Shown: piece by piece, positions 33,664 to 43,059 of the stretch | Layout of the letters: the number at the start of each line of letters is the position of its first letter | How positions within the stretch are numbered: the stretch's first letter is position 1 | Origin: Bacteroidales bacterium | GTDB taxonomy: Bacteria > Bacteroidota > Bacteroidia > Bacteroidales > VadinHA17 | Direction: 5' to 3' | Assembly: GCA_030596125.1 (NCBI GenBank) | Contig: JAUVKT010000001.1 | Span: 28,860-92,859 of the forward strand | DNA: 64,000 nucleotides | Notes under the pieces: generated by a model | What the model was told of the DNA's origin: nothing | Databases searched by the model: none | What the model saw: only the letters and a program-made list of their open reading frames with translations | Position numbers and translations under genes: made by a program

Positions 33664-35091
33664 ATGAAAGTGAGATATTTTATAGTAATTGCCTTTATTA
33701 CACTGTTTGCTTTAACCAGCTACGGACAGGATGAGGATATCTATAAAATTGAAAAGCTTTCCGTTAGTTCAAAGATCTTCAACGACATGTCGCCTGTTCT
33801 TACAAAGGATGGAATACTGTTCTGTTCAGACCGGAAACTGTCGGTTGTTAAAGATGTTCGTACATTCGACAGTAAGTTGCTATACAATATATACTTTGCA
33901 GAACGCAGCGATTCTGTTAACTGGAAAAGGAGCAAAATCTTTACAAAGGATCTTAGTCCGCTTGCAAATGAAGGTCCGTTCTGTTTTACTCCCGATGGTA
34001 ATCAGATATACTATACCAGCAATGTTGTGCAGGGGAAGCGTGCAGGTAAGCGTGGGGTATCGAATAACAGGGGTATCTTTATTGCCGACAGGACAGGTGA
34101 CGGTTGGTCGGATATCAGGCCATTTGAATATAATGATCCGCTTTGGAATGTCGCACATCCGTATATCAGTTCTGATGGGAAGTTCCTGTTTTTTGCTTCT
34201 GATATGCCCGGGGGGGAAGGCGGTTCTGATATATTTTATTGCGAATGGGTAGATGGGAAGTGGGCTAAACCTGTTAATCCCGGAAGTGGGGTTAATTCTT
34301 CTGATGCCGATCTCTACCCATACTTCAGTGAAAGGCAGGAACTGTTTTTTGCATCAGACAGAAGTGGTGGATTAGGTGGCCTTGATCTCTATAGTGCCAG
34401 GTTGGATTACGGCAAATGGATAGCTCCGGTTATACTGCCTGAACCATTTAATTCATCCTCGGATGATTTCTCATACTTTCTTGAACCTGGTACATCTAAT
34501 AGCTTTTTTGCATCGAACAGGGGGAGGAATGATGATATTTACAAGCTTACTTCATTAATAATAAGAAAGAATAGTTGCGATCCGCTTGTAATAGATAGCT
34601 ACTGCTATGAATTTACAGAAGAGAATGCAGTAAGATTCGATTCATTGCCTTTTGAGTATGAGTGGGATTTTAATGACGGAGTCAGGGCGATAGGAGTCAC
34701 AGCCGAACACTGTTTTGAAAACCCTGGCACATATGTTGTCAAATTAAATGTGATAGACAATATTACTGGAAAGGTACAATATAATGAGGTAAGTTATATT
34801 CTTAAGATTGAAAAGACCGAGCAGGCTTTTATTGCTTCTCCTGATAGCTGTCTGACAGGTGAGGCGATAACATTTGATGCTTCCGGCACCTATTTGCCGG
34901 GATGGAATGTAACTGAATATTACTGGAATTTTGGTGATGGAACAATAGACAGGGGAATAACCAGTAATAAGAGTTTTTCTGAACCGGGCAGATATGAAAT
35001 TCAACTTATAATATCCTCTGATCCGGATGCTTCAGGGAATATCAGGGAAACATGTGTTTCTAAAAATATTATTGTCAGACAGCGCGAATGA
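33664..35091 (+). CDS. Secreted PD40 (TolB-like beta-propeller repeat) protein with two C-terminal PKD domains
   Basis: It has a signal peptide. Five PD40-like repeats are visible (…SPVLTKDGILFCSDR, …FTPDGNQIYYTSN, …ISSDGKFLFFASDMPGGEGGSDIFY, …FFASDRSGGLGGLDLY, …FFASNRGRNDDIY). Two PKD-like units follow (YEWDFNDG…GTYVVKLNV and YYWNFGDG…GRYEIQLII). Confidence 0.7.
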   Translation: MKVRYFIVIAFITLFALTSYGQDEDIYKIEKLSVSSKIFNDMSPVLTKDGILFCSDRKLSVVKDVRTFDSKLLYNIYFAERSDSVNWKRSKIFTKDLSPLANEGPFCFTPDGNQIYYTSNVVQGKRAGKRGVSNNRGIFIADRTGDGWSDIRPFEYNDPLWNVAHPYISSDGKFLFFASDMPGGEGGSDIFYCEWVDGKWAKPVNPGSGVNSSDADLYPYFSERQELFFASDRSGGLGGLDLYSARLDYGKWIAPVILPEPFNSSSDDFSYFLEPGTSNSFFASNRGRNDDIYKLTSLIIRKNSCDPLVIDSYCYEFTEENAVRFDSLPFEYEWDFNDGVRAIGVTAEHCFENPGTYVVKLNVIDNITGKVQYNEVSYILKIEKTEQAFIASPDSCLTGEAITFDASGTYLPGWNVTEYYWNFGDGTIDRGITSNKSFSEPGRYEIQLIISSDPDASGNIRETCVSKNIIVRQRE

Positions 35092-35101
35092 GTAAAAAGA
35101 T

Positions 35102-35109
35102 TACTTTTG
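35102..35109 (+). promoter_or_regulatory. TAnnTTTG -7 motif (TACTTTTG) before the unknown-protein/phosphatase pair
   Basis: Exact match, but only 9 nt before ATG 35119. If real, it splits the 28.5-39.3 kb block into two transcription units. Confidence 0.3.
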
Positions 35110-35118
35110 TAAAAATTT

Positions 35119-36105
35119 ATGTTAAAAATTAAATATATATCATTATTTATTACTCTGTTAACTGCGTTAACCGGTAGTACAGGACTTTATGCTCAGGCGG
35201 TACCGGCTGAGGATGAGAACATTCCATACCTTATGACTTTTGGCAGGGATGGTGATATATCCTGGGGTGATGATGATTTTTCGCAAACTTTCTTTTTTAA
35301 GATACCATTAAATTACACCGAACCATTCTATATCAGGGTTTATGATCCCGATATTGGAGGTGATGTTGATGAGATAAACGGTTTTTGGGATACCAGGATG
35401 TCATATACTATTTATGGAGGAGAGGAGGCATACTCAACCGAGGATGCAAAAGGTATTCAGCCTACAGGCGATTATCGCAGTGGCACACTTCTGGCATCAA
35501 AGATTTTTGGTATGGACAACAGGTATGACGATAACTGGTATACATTTGGCCCTTTTAACCCCACGGAGGGAGAGTTTGTGGAAGATTTCGATGGTTATAT
35601 ATTCAAGATAATTTGTGAGGGTGAATCGGGGGATGACGGAAACCTTTATCGTTACTATCTGAGTAAGGATGCCAATTCAAACATAGCTATTGAAGATGGT
35701 AATGCTTTTACCTATGAGTACACCTTCAGGATGTGGAATAATACCGATAATATATCACATATTTATCCCTATGTAGATAGCGCGGTTATTTTCATAAAAA
35801 TACGCAATTTTGACTGGGATAATGATGGATATATACGTGTTGCCTCAGTTGTAAGGAGAGGCAAGCTGCAACGTATATCCAATGAGGCCGACTGGGCTGA
35901 AGACAGGATCACGATAGAAGATGAGGAAAAGAATTCATCACTCGATTTTCAATTTATTAAAAAGCAGGAAGCACTCGTGAGGAATAATAATGTTGTTATA
36001 TCTGTTGAGAACCAGTATGGAGAGTTGCTCCCGTTCTTCGTGGTTCCCATTGGAGGTGTGCCGGTATATCAACCAAGTATTGGCGTTAAAAGAATAAATA
36101 AATAG
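35119..36105 (+). CDS. Hypothetical secreted protein
   Basis: 328 aa with a signal peptide (…GSTGLYAQA). It is Asp/Gly/aromatic-rich and I recognise no family. It ends 7 bp before the sensor phosphatase gene. Confidence 0.6.
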   Translation: MLKIKYISLFITLLTALTGSTGLYAQAVPAEDENIPYLMTFGRDGDISWGDDDFSQTFFFKIPLNYTEPFYIRVYDPDIGGDVDEINGFWDTRMSYTIYGGEEAYSTEDAKGIQPTGDYRSGTLLASKIFGMDNRYDDNWYTFGPFNPTEGEFVEDFDGYIFKIICEGESGDDGNLYRYYLSKDANSNIAIEDGNAFTYEYTFRMWNNTDNISHIYPYVDSAVIFIKIRNFDWDNDGYIRVASVVRRGKLQRISNEADWAEDRITIEDEEKNSSLDFQFIKKQEALVRNNNVVISVENQYGELLPFFVVPIGGVPVYQPSIGVKRINK

Positions 36106-36112
36106 TTTTTAG

Positions 36113-39100
36113 ATGGTTAAGAAAGTGCGTTTCTCAATACTGATTTGCCTGGTATTGTCTTTAGGTCTTTTAAATTCTTATTCTCAAACATTTAATTTTA
36201 GAAATTATAATGTTAAGGAAGGTCTTCCCGGCAAATTTGTATATACCATTAACCAGGATCAGAATGGATTTATATGGTTGGGTACAAATAAGGGACTGAC
36301 AAGGTTTGATGGTTTCGGATTTTATGATGTAAATTGTCCTGATTCAACATCTGCCGGATTTGCCGTATCGAGTCTTGATGCAGAGGATGGTACTCTGTAT
36401 TTTGGTATGAGTGATGGCAATGTTTACCATGCTGTTAACAATAACCTGGAGACAATTAGCGGGATCGATGTTTTCAGGATTAATGCCATACTTGAAGATT
36501 CCGGCAACGGGTTAATTATTATTAGTCAGAGTAAAGGGGTTTTCAGTTATAACCCAGGATCAGATCAACCTCCCAAAAAGCTCTCATTACCCGACGAAGA
36601 TGTTTTATATTGCGGCGCATTAACCGAATCAGGTAACCTGTTATTAGGAACATTAAGGGGCCTTATGCTAATTGATATGGAGGAGGACAGGCTCGGACTT
36701 ATTTATGAAGCCCCTGAACTGATCTATTTGAAGGTACAGGTTATTACCAGATTTCCGGGTGAAGATAAATTTATTATCGGTACGGAAGATGATGGTATCT
36801 ATGTGGCAAATATTATTGCTGATTCAGTTGTAGTTTCCCGTTTAACCGATGATGAGGTAGTTAACAGATTACGTGTACAGTCGGCTATATTTGATAAGAA
36901 CGGGAATTTATGGGTATCCACCTTTGGTGATGGCGCCTGGAAGTTAACTTTAAATGATGAGAGGGAAGGTGTTTCCTCAATTGATCATTTTTTTTCAGAG
37001 ACAGGATTGTCGGGGAATGATGTCAGGAGTATCTATCAGGACAATGAAGGGAATATATGGATGGGTCTTTTCGGGAATGGTATATCAATTCTAGGGTCAG
37101 ATGCCTATAAATTTTATTCACCTGGCGGAAGGACACAAACCAATGATATTATCTATCTGGATGAATCGGGTGATTGTATTATCGCCGGGACATCCTCAGG
37201 TTTTTACAAATTTGATCTGGCGAATGAAACCGGTTTAAGCTTTACCGATATAAGTAAGAGTTTGGGATCGGCGAGGATAACAGCATATTTACCTTACAAT
37301 AACGATTCTTACCTGTTAGGTACCGATGGTGAGGGTGTCTTGTTATGGGGAAAGAACGGCCGTACACAACCTTTTTTCAGGTCAAATAACAACCTCGAGA
37401 ATTTTATTACCGATATAAAGATGGATGGTGAAAATATCTGGCTTGCTACACGGAGTGGTGTTATTTTTATTAACAAAAACACTTTTGAAAGCAGGAGATA
37501 TACAACTTTTGAGAAGCTCCCGCATAATAGCATTAAACAGATTATTCCCGATAATTCAGGCAAGGTATATATTGCTACAACAGGTAACAGGCTCTATTGT
37601 GTTGACCCTGAAGAGGGGGTTCAATCAGGAAAAGCTGTTATCTACGGGGGTGGGAGGAATGAGTTTCAGGCATTTTCACCCGACTCCAAAGGACAGATGT
37701 GGGGAGCCACACTCGGGAAGGGGATCTACTGTTTTGCAGGTGATTCTGTGATAAATATATCTGCTGCAGATGGATTGCTTTCAAATTATTGTTACAGTAT
37801 CTTTTGCGACAGCAGGGATAATGTATGGATAGGTCATGAACAGGGTTTTTCAGTCTATGACAATGCCATGGGACAGGTCACAACATTCGTTGATATTTTC
37901 CGGTCGGGAGCCGATTGTAATAAAAATGCACTTTTTGAGACTTCCGGAGGATTGGTTATGATAGGGACAACCGAAGGTTTTATGACCTATGACAGATCTA
38001 AGGATCAGCGCAGATTTATCCCTCCCAAAACTAATATTCTGTCAGTGATTATCGATAATATTGAGTACCCGTATCAGCAATCATATAACCTGCCCTATAA
38101 GGTAAGATATAATGTTAAAATTAACTATGTCGGGTTATATTATTCTGATTCCGAGAAGGTGTATTACAAGTATTTCCTTGATAATTATGATATTGAATGG
38201 TCAGAGCCGACATTTTCCAGAAGTTCTGTCTATAAACTTTCTGATGGCACATACAGATTTAACCTTACGTCTTTTAATTACGACGGAATAACAAATAACG
38301 AGGTTGCAGGCTTTGATCTGAATATACGAAAGCCTGTATGGAGAATGTGGTGGTTTATTTTGCTGATGATAATTCTGGCATCAGGAGTGATTGTTATTAT
38401 TATCAGATATCGTGAGAAAGCTCAGAAAAGAGTAAAGGAATATCTTGAAAATGAACTTGAAGAACGCACAGGGGAGGTTATTAAGCAGAAGGAAGAGATA
38501 GAATTGCAAAACAGGGAGATAACCGACAGTATAAATTATGCACAACGTATCCAGGCAAGTCTTCTGCCAGTTGTCAGTAAACTTGATAATGCATTCGGTG
38601 GGTCATTTACCTTCTTCAGACCCCGCGATATTGTCAGTGGTGACTTCTACTGGTTCGATCAGGTCTCTGATGATAAATATATAATAGTATGCGCCGACTC
38701 TACCGGCCATGGAGTGCCTGGAGCCTTTATGTCTATGATTGGATCAGCGCTGATACAGGAGATCGTTACAAGAAAAGAGATTACTCGTCCATCGGAGATA
38801 CTGAGTACACTTGATAAAGAGATATCTTCAACTCTTAACCAGGGGGATGATGAAAATACAACGAGTGATGGTATGGATATGACCGTTTGTGAATTTAACC
38901 AAAAGACCAGGATGCTGCGGTTCGCTTCTGCAATGAGGCCGGTTATTCTTATTATGGATGGAGAACAGTATTATATCAGAGGTAATAAAAGTTCAGTAGG
39001 TGGTGAGAGTGCCACAGAAAAATATTTTGATGATCAGGAGTATTTCCTCAAGGAGGGAGATATCATATATATGTTTTCCGATGGTTTCCCTGATCAGTTT

Positions 39101-39271
39101 GGTGGTCCGGCCGGCAAGAAACTAAAGATCATAAGACTTAAAGCACTGATCGATGAGATTAAGGACCTGCCGATTAATGAGCAGCATGCATCTGTAAGTA
39201 AGTATTTTGATAACTGGAAGGGAGACCTTGACCAGGTTGATGATGTGCTCTTTATGGGAATAAAGATATAA
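36113..39271 (+). CDS. Two-component-regulator-propeller / Y_Y_Y sensor fused to PP2C-type (SpoIIE/RsbU-like) serine phosphatase
   Basis: 1052 aa with an N-terminal signal or TM. It has repeated propeller-type motifs (…DQNGFIWLGTNKGL…, …DKNGNLWVSTFGDG…, …DNEGNIWMGLFGNG…, …DSRDNVWIGHEQGF…). A Y_Y_Y-like segment is followed by a TM (WWFILLMIILASGVIVIII) and a coiled coil. The C-terminal PP2C motifs are present (SGDFYWF, DSTGHGVPGAFMSM, SDGFPDQFG, DDVLFMGIKI). Confidence 0.8.
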   Translation: MVKKVRFSILICLVLSLGLLNSYSQTFNFRNYNVKEGLPGKFVYTINQDQNGFIWLGTNKGLTRFDGFGFYDVNCPDSTSAGFAVSSLDAEDGTLYFGMSDGNVYHAVNNNLETISGIDVFRINAILEDSGNGLIIISQSKGVFSYNPGSDQPPKKLSLPDEDVLYCGALTESGNLLLGTLRGLMLIDMEEDRLGLIYEAPELIYLKVQVITRFPGEDKFIIGTEDDGIYVANIIADSVVVSRLTDDEVVNRLRVQSAIFDKNGNLWVSTFGDGAWKLTLNDEREGVSSIDHFFSETGLSGNDVRSIYQDNEGNIWMGLFGNGISILGSDAYKFYSPGGRTQTNDIIYLDESGDCIIAGTSSGFYKFDLANETGLSFTDISKSLGSARITAYLPYNNDSYLLGTDGEGVLLWGKNGRTQPFFRSNNNLENFITDIKMDGENIWLATRSGVIFINKNTFESRRYTTFEKLPHNSIKQIIPDNSGKVYIATTGNRLYCVDPEEGVQSGKAVIYGGGRNEFQAFSPDSKGQMWGATLGKGIYCFAGDSVINISAADGLLSNYCYSIFCDSRDNVWIGHEQGFSVYDNAMGQVTTFVDIFRSGADCNKNALFETSGGLVMIGTTEGFMTYDRSKDQRRFIPPKTNILSVIIDNIEYPYQQSYNLPYKVRYNVKINYVGLYYSDSEKVYYKYFLDNYDIEWSEPTFSRSSVYKLSDGTYRFNLTSFNYDGITNNEVAGFDLNIRKPVWRMWWFILLMIILASGVIVIIIRYREKAQKRVKEYLENELEERTGEVIKQKEEIELQNREITDSINYAQRIQASLLPVVSKLDNAFGGSFTFFRPRDIVSGDFYWFDQVSDDKYIIVCADSTGHGVPGAFMSMIGSALIQEIVTRKEITRPSEILSTLDKEISSTLNQGDDENTTSDGMDMTVCEFNQKTRMLRFASAMRPVILIMDGEQYYIRGNKSSVGGESATEKYFDDQEYFLKEGDIIYMFSDGFPDQFGGPAGKKLKIIRLKALIDEIKDLPINEQHASVSKYFDNWKGDLDQVDDVLFMGIKI

Positions 39272-39273
39272 GA

Positions 39274-39798
39274 CTACTTATTCTCTTCGACAATAATACA
39301 GGGTCCGTCAAGCGTAAAGGGTATTTCACAACTTGTTGCAGTATTGCTTATATTGCCTGCCCTGTCTGTTACATAGAAATCATACATTATTGTGTCTTCG
39401 GGAGAATAAAAAAGATATAGAAATGTTATCTCTATCGTGCCCTGAAGAACCTGGTTCTGACCAGTTCTGTCCATGAGTGGTATACGATAATCAGAGGGCT
39501 TAAGTACATCATCATCTTCAACTTCGGTAAAGGCGCCATCGTTTTTACGGAAGAGTGTGAAAAAAAGATTTGTAGTGTCTGTTCCTGATAAATCCTGCGA
39601 AAGGCCCAGGTCTCCGTCACCATCCTCAAAATAGAATTCCAGCTTGCCTGCCTTGACCTGATTGCCCAGAATATCAGTAGTGTCGAACATCATGTACTGC
39701 CTGAACTCAATGAATGGTTCGGGAGGCAGCTGCCTGATCTTTTCACACGAGACGGATATCAAAACAAAAATTAATATCTGCAAAAATATTTTCTTCAC
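39274..39798 (-). CDS. Hypothetical lipoprotein
   Basis: 174 aa with a lipoprotein signal (FVLISVSCEK). It lies downstream of der on the same strand. I recognise no family. Confidence 0.55.
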   Translation of the reverse strand: MKKIFLQILIFVLISVSCEKIRQLPPEPFIEFRQYMMFDTTDILGNQVKAGKLEFYFEDGDGDLGLSQDLSGTDTTNLFFTLFRKNDGAFTEVEDDDVLKPSDYRIPLMDRTGQNQVLQGTIEITFLYLFYSPEDTIMYDFYVTDRAGNISNTATSCEIPFTLDGPCIIVEENK

Positions 39799-39843
39799 AA
39801 ATCCCGGTTTTAATAGATGACCTCAAAAATCACACCAAGGTAA

Positions 39844-41148
39844 TTATTTCTTTCTGAAAAATATTCTTATCGGTACTCCTGTGAAATTAAACCTCTCTCT
39901 TAATCTGTTCTCCAGATACCTGCTGTATGACTCTTTGATATATTGCGGAAGATTACAGAAGAATGCGAAAGATGGCGAATGAGTGGGAAGCTGAGTTACA
40001 TATTTGATTCTGATATATTTCCCTTTAGTGGCCGGTGGCTGATTGTTTTCAATTACCTGTAGCATATAATCGTTCAGTGAAGAAGTGGGTATCTTCATAG
40101 TTCGGTTACTGTAAACATCATTGGCAGTTTCCAGGACTTTGTGAATACGTTGTTTGTTTATGGCTGAAATAAACAGAATAGGATAATCTGTAAATGGGGC
40201 TGTGCGTTTTTTTATCTCTGCCTCCAGTTTTTTTGGAGTATTTGATTCCTTTTCCGCAAGGTCCCATTTATTGACCAACATAACCAGGCCTTTATTATTC
40301 TTTATTATCAGAGACATTATATTAAGATCCTGAGATTCAATACCCCGTGTGGCATCAAGCAGCAGCAGGCAAACATCAGAATTTTCAATTGCCCGTATCG
40401 ACCTTAGAACAGAATAGAATTCAACGTCTTCATGCACTTTCCCCCTTTTTCTCAGACCTGCTGTATCAACAAGGAAGAAATTGTGCTGGTACTTATTATA
40501 CCTTGTATAGATTGAATCCCTTGTTGTTCCGGCAATGGGAGTAACTATATTTCTATCCTCTCCCAGAAGAGAGTTTATGAGGGTTGATTTACCAACATTA
40601 GGTCTGCCTACAATAGCATATCGTGGAATCTGCTCCAGTTCATCTTCCTTTTTCTCAGGTAACCTTTTTACAACTTCATCGAGCATTTCTCCGGTGCCGC
40701 TGCCATTGGTGGATGAAATTGCGAAGTAGTCGCCCAATCCCAGATTATAGAATTCGGTTGCATCCAAACGACGATCATTATTGTCGACCTTATTTACAAC
40801 AAGAACAACCTCTTTATTGGTCCTTCTGAGCAGGTTAGTTACCGATTCATCAAGATCGGTGATTCCGCTGATTACATCCACAAGAAATATAATAAGATCA
40901 GATTCTTCAATTGCTATCAGAACCTGCCGGTTTATCTCCTCCTTATAAACATCGTCAGAGTTAGTGATATATCCCCCTGTATCAATTACGGAAAACTCAA
41001 CACCGTTCCATATAGCCTTGCCATAGTGCCTGTCTCTTGTTACACCGCTTTCTTCATCTACGATAGCAGCTCTGGACTCTGTCAGCCTGTTAAAGAGAGT
41101 CGATTTACCAACATTTGGTCTTCCTACTATAGCAACTATGCTGCTCAT
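39844..41148 (-). CDS. der: Ribosome-associated GTPase Der (EngA)
   Basis: It has two tandem GTPase domains, each with [18 protein letters not shown] and NKxD motifs, plus a C-terminal KH-like domain. Confidence 0.95.
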   Translation of the reverse strand: MSSIVAIVGRPNVGKSTLFNRLTESRAAIVDEESGVTRDRHYGKAIWNGVEFSVIDTGGYITNSDDVYKEEINRQVLIAIEESDLIIFLVDVISGITDLDESVTNLLRRTNKEVVLVVNKVDNNDRRLDATEFYNLGLGDYFAISSTNGSGTGEMLDEVVKRLPEKKEDELEQIPRYAIVGRPNVGKSTLINSLLGEDRNIVTPIAGTTRDSIYTRYNKYQHNFFLVDTAGLRKRGKVHEDVEFYSVLRSIRAIENSDVCLLLLDATRGIESQDLNIMSLIIKNNKGLVMLVNKWDLAEKESNTPKKLEAEIKKRTAPFTDYPILFISAINKQRIHKVLETANDVYSNRTMKIPTSSLNDYMLQVIENNQPPATKGKYIRIKYVTQLPTHSPSFAFFCNLPQYIKESYSRYLENRLRERFNFTGVPIRIFFRKK

Positions 41149-41190
41149 TACTAATCCTTTATTTTATTAAGAAATCCAGTATTCCAGTTT

Positions 41191-42066
41191 TCAATAACCA
41201 AACCCTTTAAGCTTTCTCTGGTTATTGCGCCACTCTTTGTTTACCTTAACATACAATTCCAGATAAACCTTTTTCCCGAGCAGCTCCTGAATATCAACTC
41301 TTGCCTCTGATCCTGTTTTTTTCAGCATTTTACCTTTATGGCCGATAATTATCCCCTTCTGGGTCTCACGCACAACATGGATAATAGCCCTTATCTCCGA
41401 AATATTTTTCCTCTCCGTAAAACTTTCAATTTCAATCTCAACTGAATATGGTATCTCCTTTTTGTAATTCAGTAATATCTTTTCACGAATTATTTCAGTT
41501 ACAAAAAATCGTTCATGCCTGTCTGTAAGCTGATTTTTGGGGAAATATGCCGGACCCTCCGGCAATACTTCCAGGATCATATTCAACAGATTATTAATAT
41601 TGAAATTATTAGTTGCCGATAGTGGTATGATCTTCGCATCCGGTATAAGAGACTCCCATCTTGAATAGAGTTCATTCAGTTTCTCTTCGGTTGTAAGATC
41701 AATTTTATTAATAATAACTATTTTCGGGATGTTAGTCTCTGTAATTCGTTTCAGATAGCCGATATGTTTGTCAATTGTCTCAACAACATCGGTAACATAC
41801 AAAATCAGGTCGGCATCATCCAACGCTCCGTTTACTTCGCGCATCATCGACTCCTGAAGCTGATATTTGGGATTAAGTATTCCCGGAGTATCGGAATATA
41901 CAATCTGAAAATCCTCTCCATTCACAATTCCCTTAATACGATGACGGGTAGTTTGTGATTTCGAAGTTATTATAGACAACTTTTCTCCCACAAGTGCATT
42001 CATTATGGTTGATTTTCCCACATTCGGATTACCCAGAATATTTACAAAACCTGATCTGTGTTTCAT
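41191..42066 (-). CDS. era: GTPase Era
   Basis: It has GNPNVGKST, DTPG and NKID motifs, plus a C-terminal KH domain (…GIIIGHKGKMLKKTG…). Confidence 0.95.
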   Translation of the reverse strand: MKHRSGFVNILGNPNVGKSTIMNALVGEKLSIITSKSQTTRHRIKGIVNGEDFQIVYSDTPGILNPKYQLQESMMREVNGALDDADLILYVTDVVETIDKHIGYLKRITETNIPKIVIINKIDLTTEEKLNELYSRWESLIPDAKIIPLSATNNFNINNLLNMILEVLPEGPAYFPKNQLTDRHERFFVTEIIREKILLNYKKEIPYSVEIEIESFTERKNISEIRAIIHVVRETQKGIIIGHKGKMLKKTGSEARVDIQELLGKKVYLELYVKVNKEWRNNQRKLKGFGY

Positions 42067-42069
42067 AGC

Positions 42070-42837
42070 TTACTTATAGCTGCCTCTTTTTAATATCCCC
42101 ACCTCTTTTTCTGTCAGGAATCTCCATTTACCCCGTGGCAGATTCATTTTTGTCAGTCCTGCATAATATACCCTGTCGAGCTTCTTTACCTTATAGCCTA
42201 AGGTTTCAAACATTCTTCTTACAACCCTGTTTTGCCCTGAATGTATTTCAATACCTATCTGGCTTTTATCATCAGTGTCGGGATAAGTTGCCGAGTCAGC
42301 CGGAATGATCTCATCGTTACCGATATTTACTCCTTCAGTAAGCTTGACCAGGTCATTCTTTGTAACAGGCTTGTCCAGAAATACATGGTAAATCTTTTTC
42401 TTATTGAATTTAGGATGCGTCAGAACAGTGGCGAGAGCGCCGTCGTTAGTAAACAAAAGAAGGCCTGTTGTCATTTTATCTAACCTTCCAACCGGATAAA
42501 TTCTTTCAGTGCATGCTCTTTTAATCAGATCCATTACCCTCTTGTCAGCATGCGGATCATCAGTAGTTGTAACATATCCCTTCGGTTTGTTCAGAATTAA
42601 GTAAACCTTCTTTTCTGCTGACAAAAGCTTACCCCTGTAACGAATCTTATCCTTCCGGCTCACCTTAACACCCATATCAGTGATAATCTTCCCGTTTACC
42701 GAAATATCCCCTTTACTGATAAGGGTGTCGGCATCCCTGCGGGAACAAACTCCACTGTTGGCAATATATCTGTTCAGCCTGATGATGTTGTCGGATGATC
42801 CGGCAGAATCAATCTCTTTTTTCTTACTCTTATTCAT
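42070..42837 (-). CDS. rluB: rRNA pseudouridine synthase, RsuA/RluB family
   Basis: An N-terminal S4 domain (IRLNRYIANSGVCSRRDAD) is followed by the catalytic motif YPVGRLDKMTTGLLLFTNDG. Confidence 0.85.
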   Translation of the reverse strand: MNKSKKKEIDSAGSSDNIIRLNRYIANSGVCSRRDADTLISKGDISVNGKIITDMGVKVSRKDKIRYRGKLLSAEKKVYLILNKPKGYVTTTDDPHADKRVMDLIKRACTERIYPVGRLDKMTTGLLLFTNDGALATVLTHPKFNKKKIYHVFLDKPVTKNDLVKLTEGVNIGNDEIIPADSATYPDTDDKSQIGIEIHSGQNRVVRRMFETLGYKVKKLDRVYYAGLTKMNLPRGKWRFLTEKEVGILKRGSYK

Positions 42838-42859
42838 ACATTTATATAATTCAGATTTG

Positions 42860-42867
42860 CAAAGGTA
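42860..42867 (-). promoter_or_regulatory. TAnnTTTG -7 motif (TACCTTTG on minus strand) before rluB-era-der
   Basis: The plus strand reads CAAAGGTA, 22 nt upstream of the ATG at 42837. Confidence 0.45.
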
Positions 42868-42919
42868 TAATTATTTGACGGTTTATAGGGATAGCTTTTT
42901 ACCGCCAAGATTAATTTGT

Positions 42920-42927
42920 TAATTTTG
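42920..42927 (+). promoter_or_regulatory. TAnnTTTG -7 motif (TAATTTTG) before glmM
   Basis: Exact match, 132 nt upstream of ATG 43060. The hairpin element at 42965-43002 lies in the implied leader. Confidence 0.4.
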
Positions 42928-42964
42928 CTGCTTCATTAAGTGTGTCTCAAAAGTTAAATCAGAT

Positions 42965-43002
42965 GTCATTTCGAGTCCCGGTATTCCCGGGGGAGAAATC
43001 TC
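42965..43002 (+). other. GTCATTTC…GAAATCTC framed GC-hairpin element in the glmM upstream region
   Basis: In GTCATTTCGAGTCCCGGTATTCCCGGGGGAGAAATCTC, ATTTC pairs with GAAAT and CCCGG pairs with CCGGG. It shares the frame GTCATTYC…GRAATCTC with 60132-60157. Confidence 0.4.
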
Positions 43003-43059
43003 ACTCTTGATAATACCATATATGATTTTTTAACAGTTTATCCATTTTCTTACAGCATT

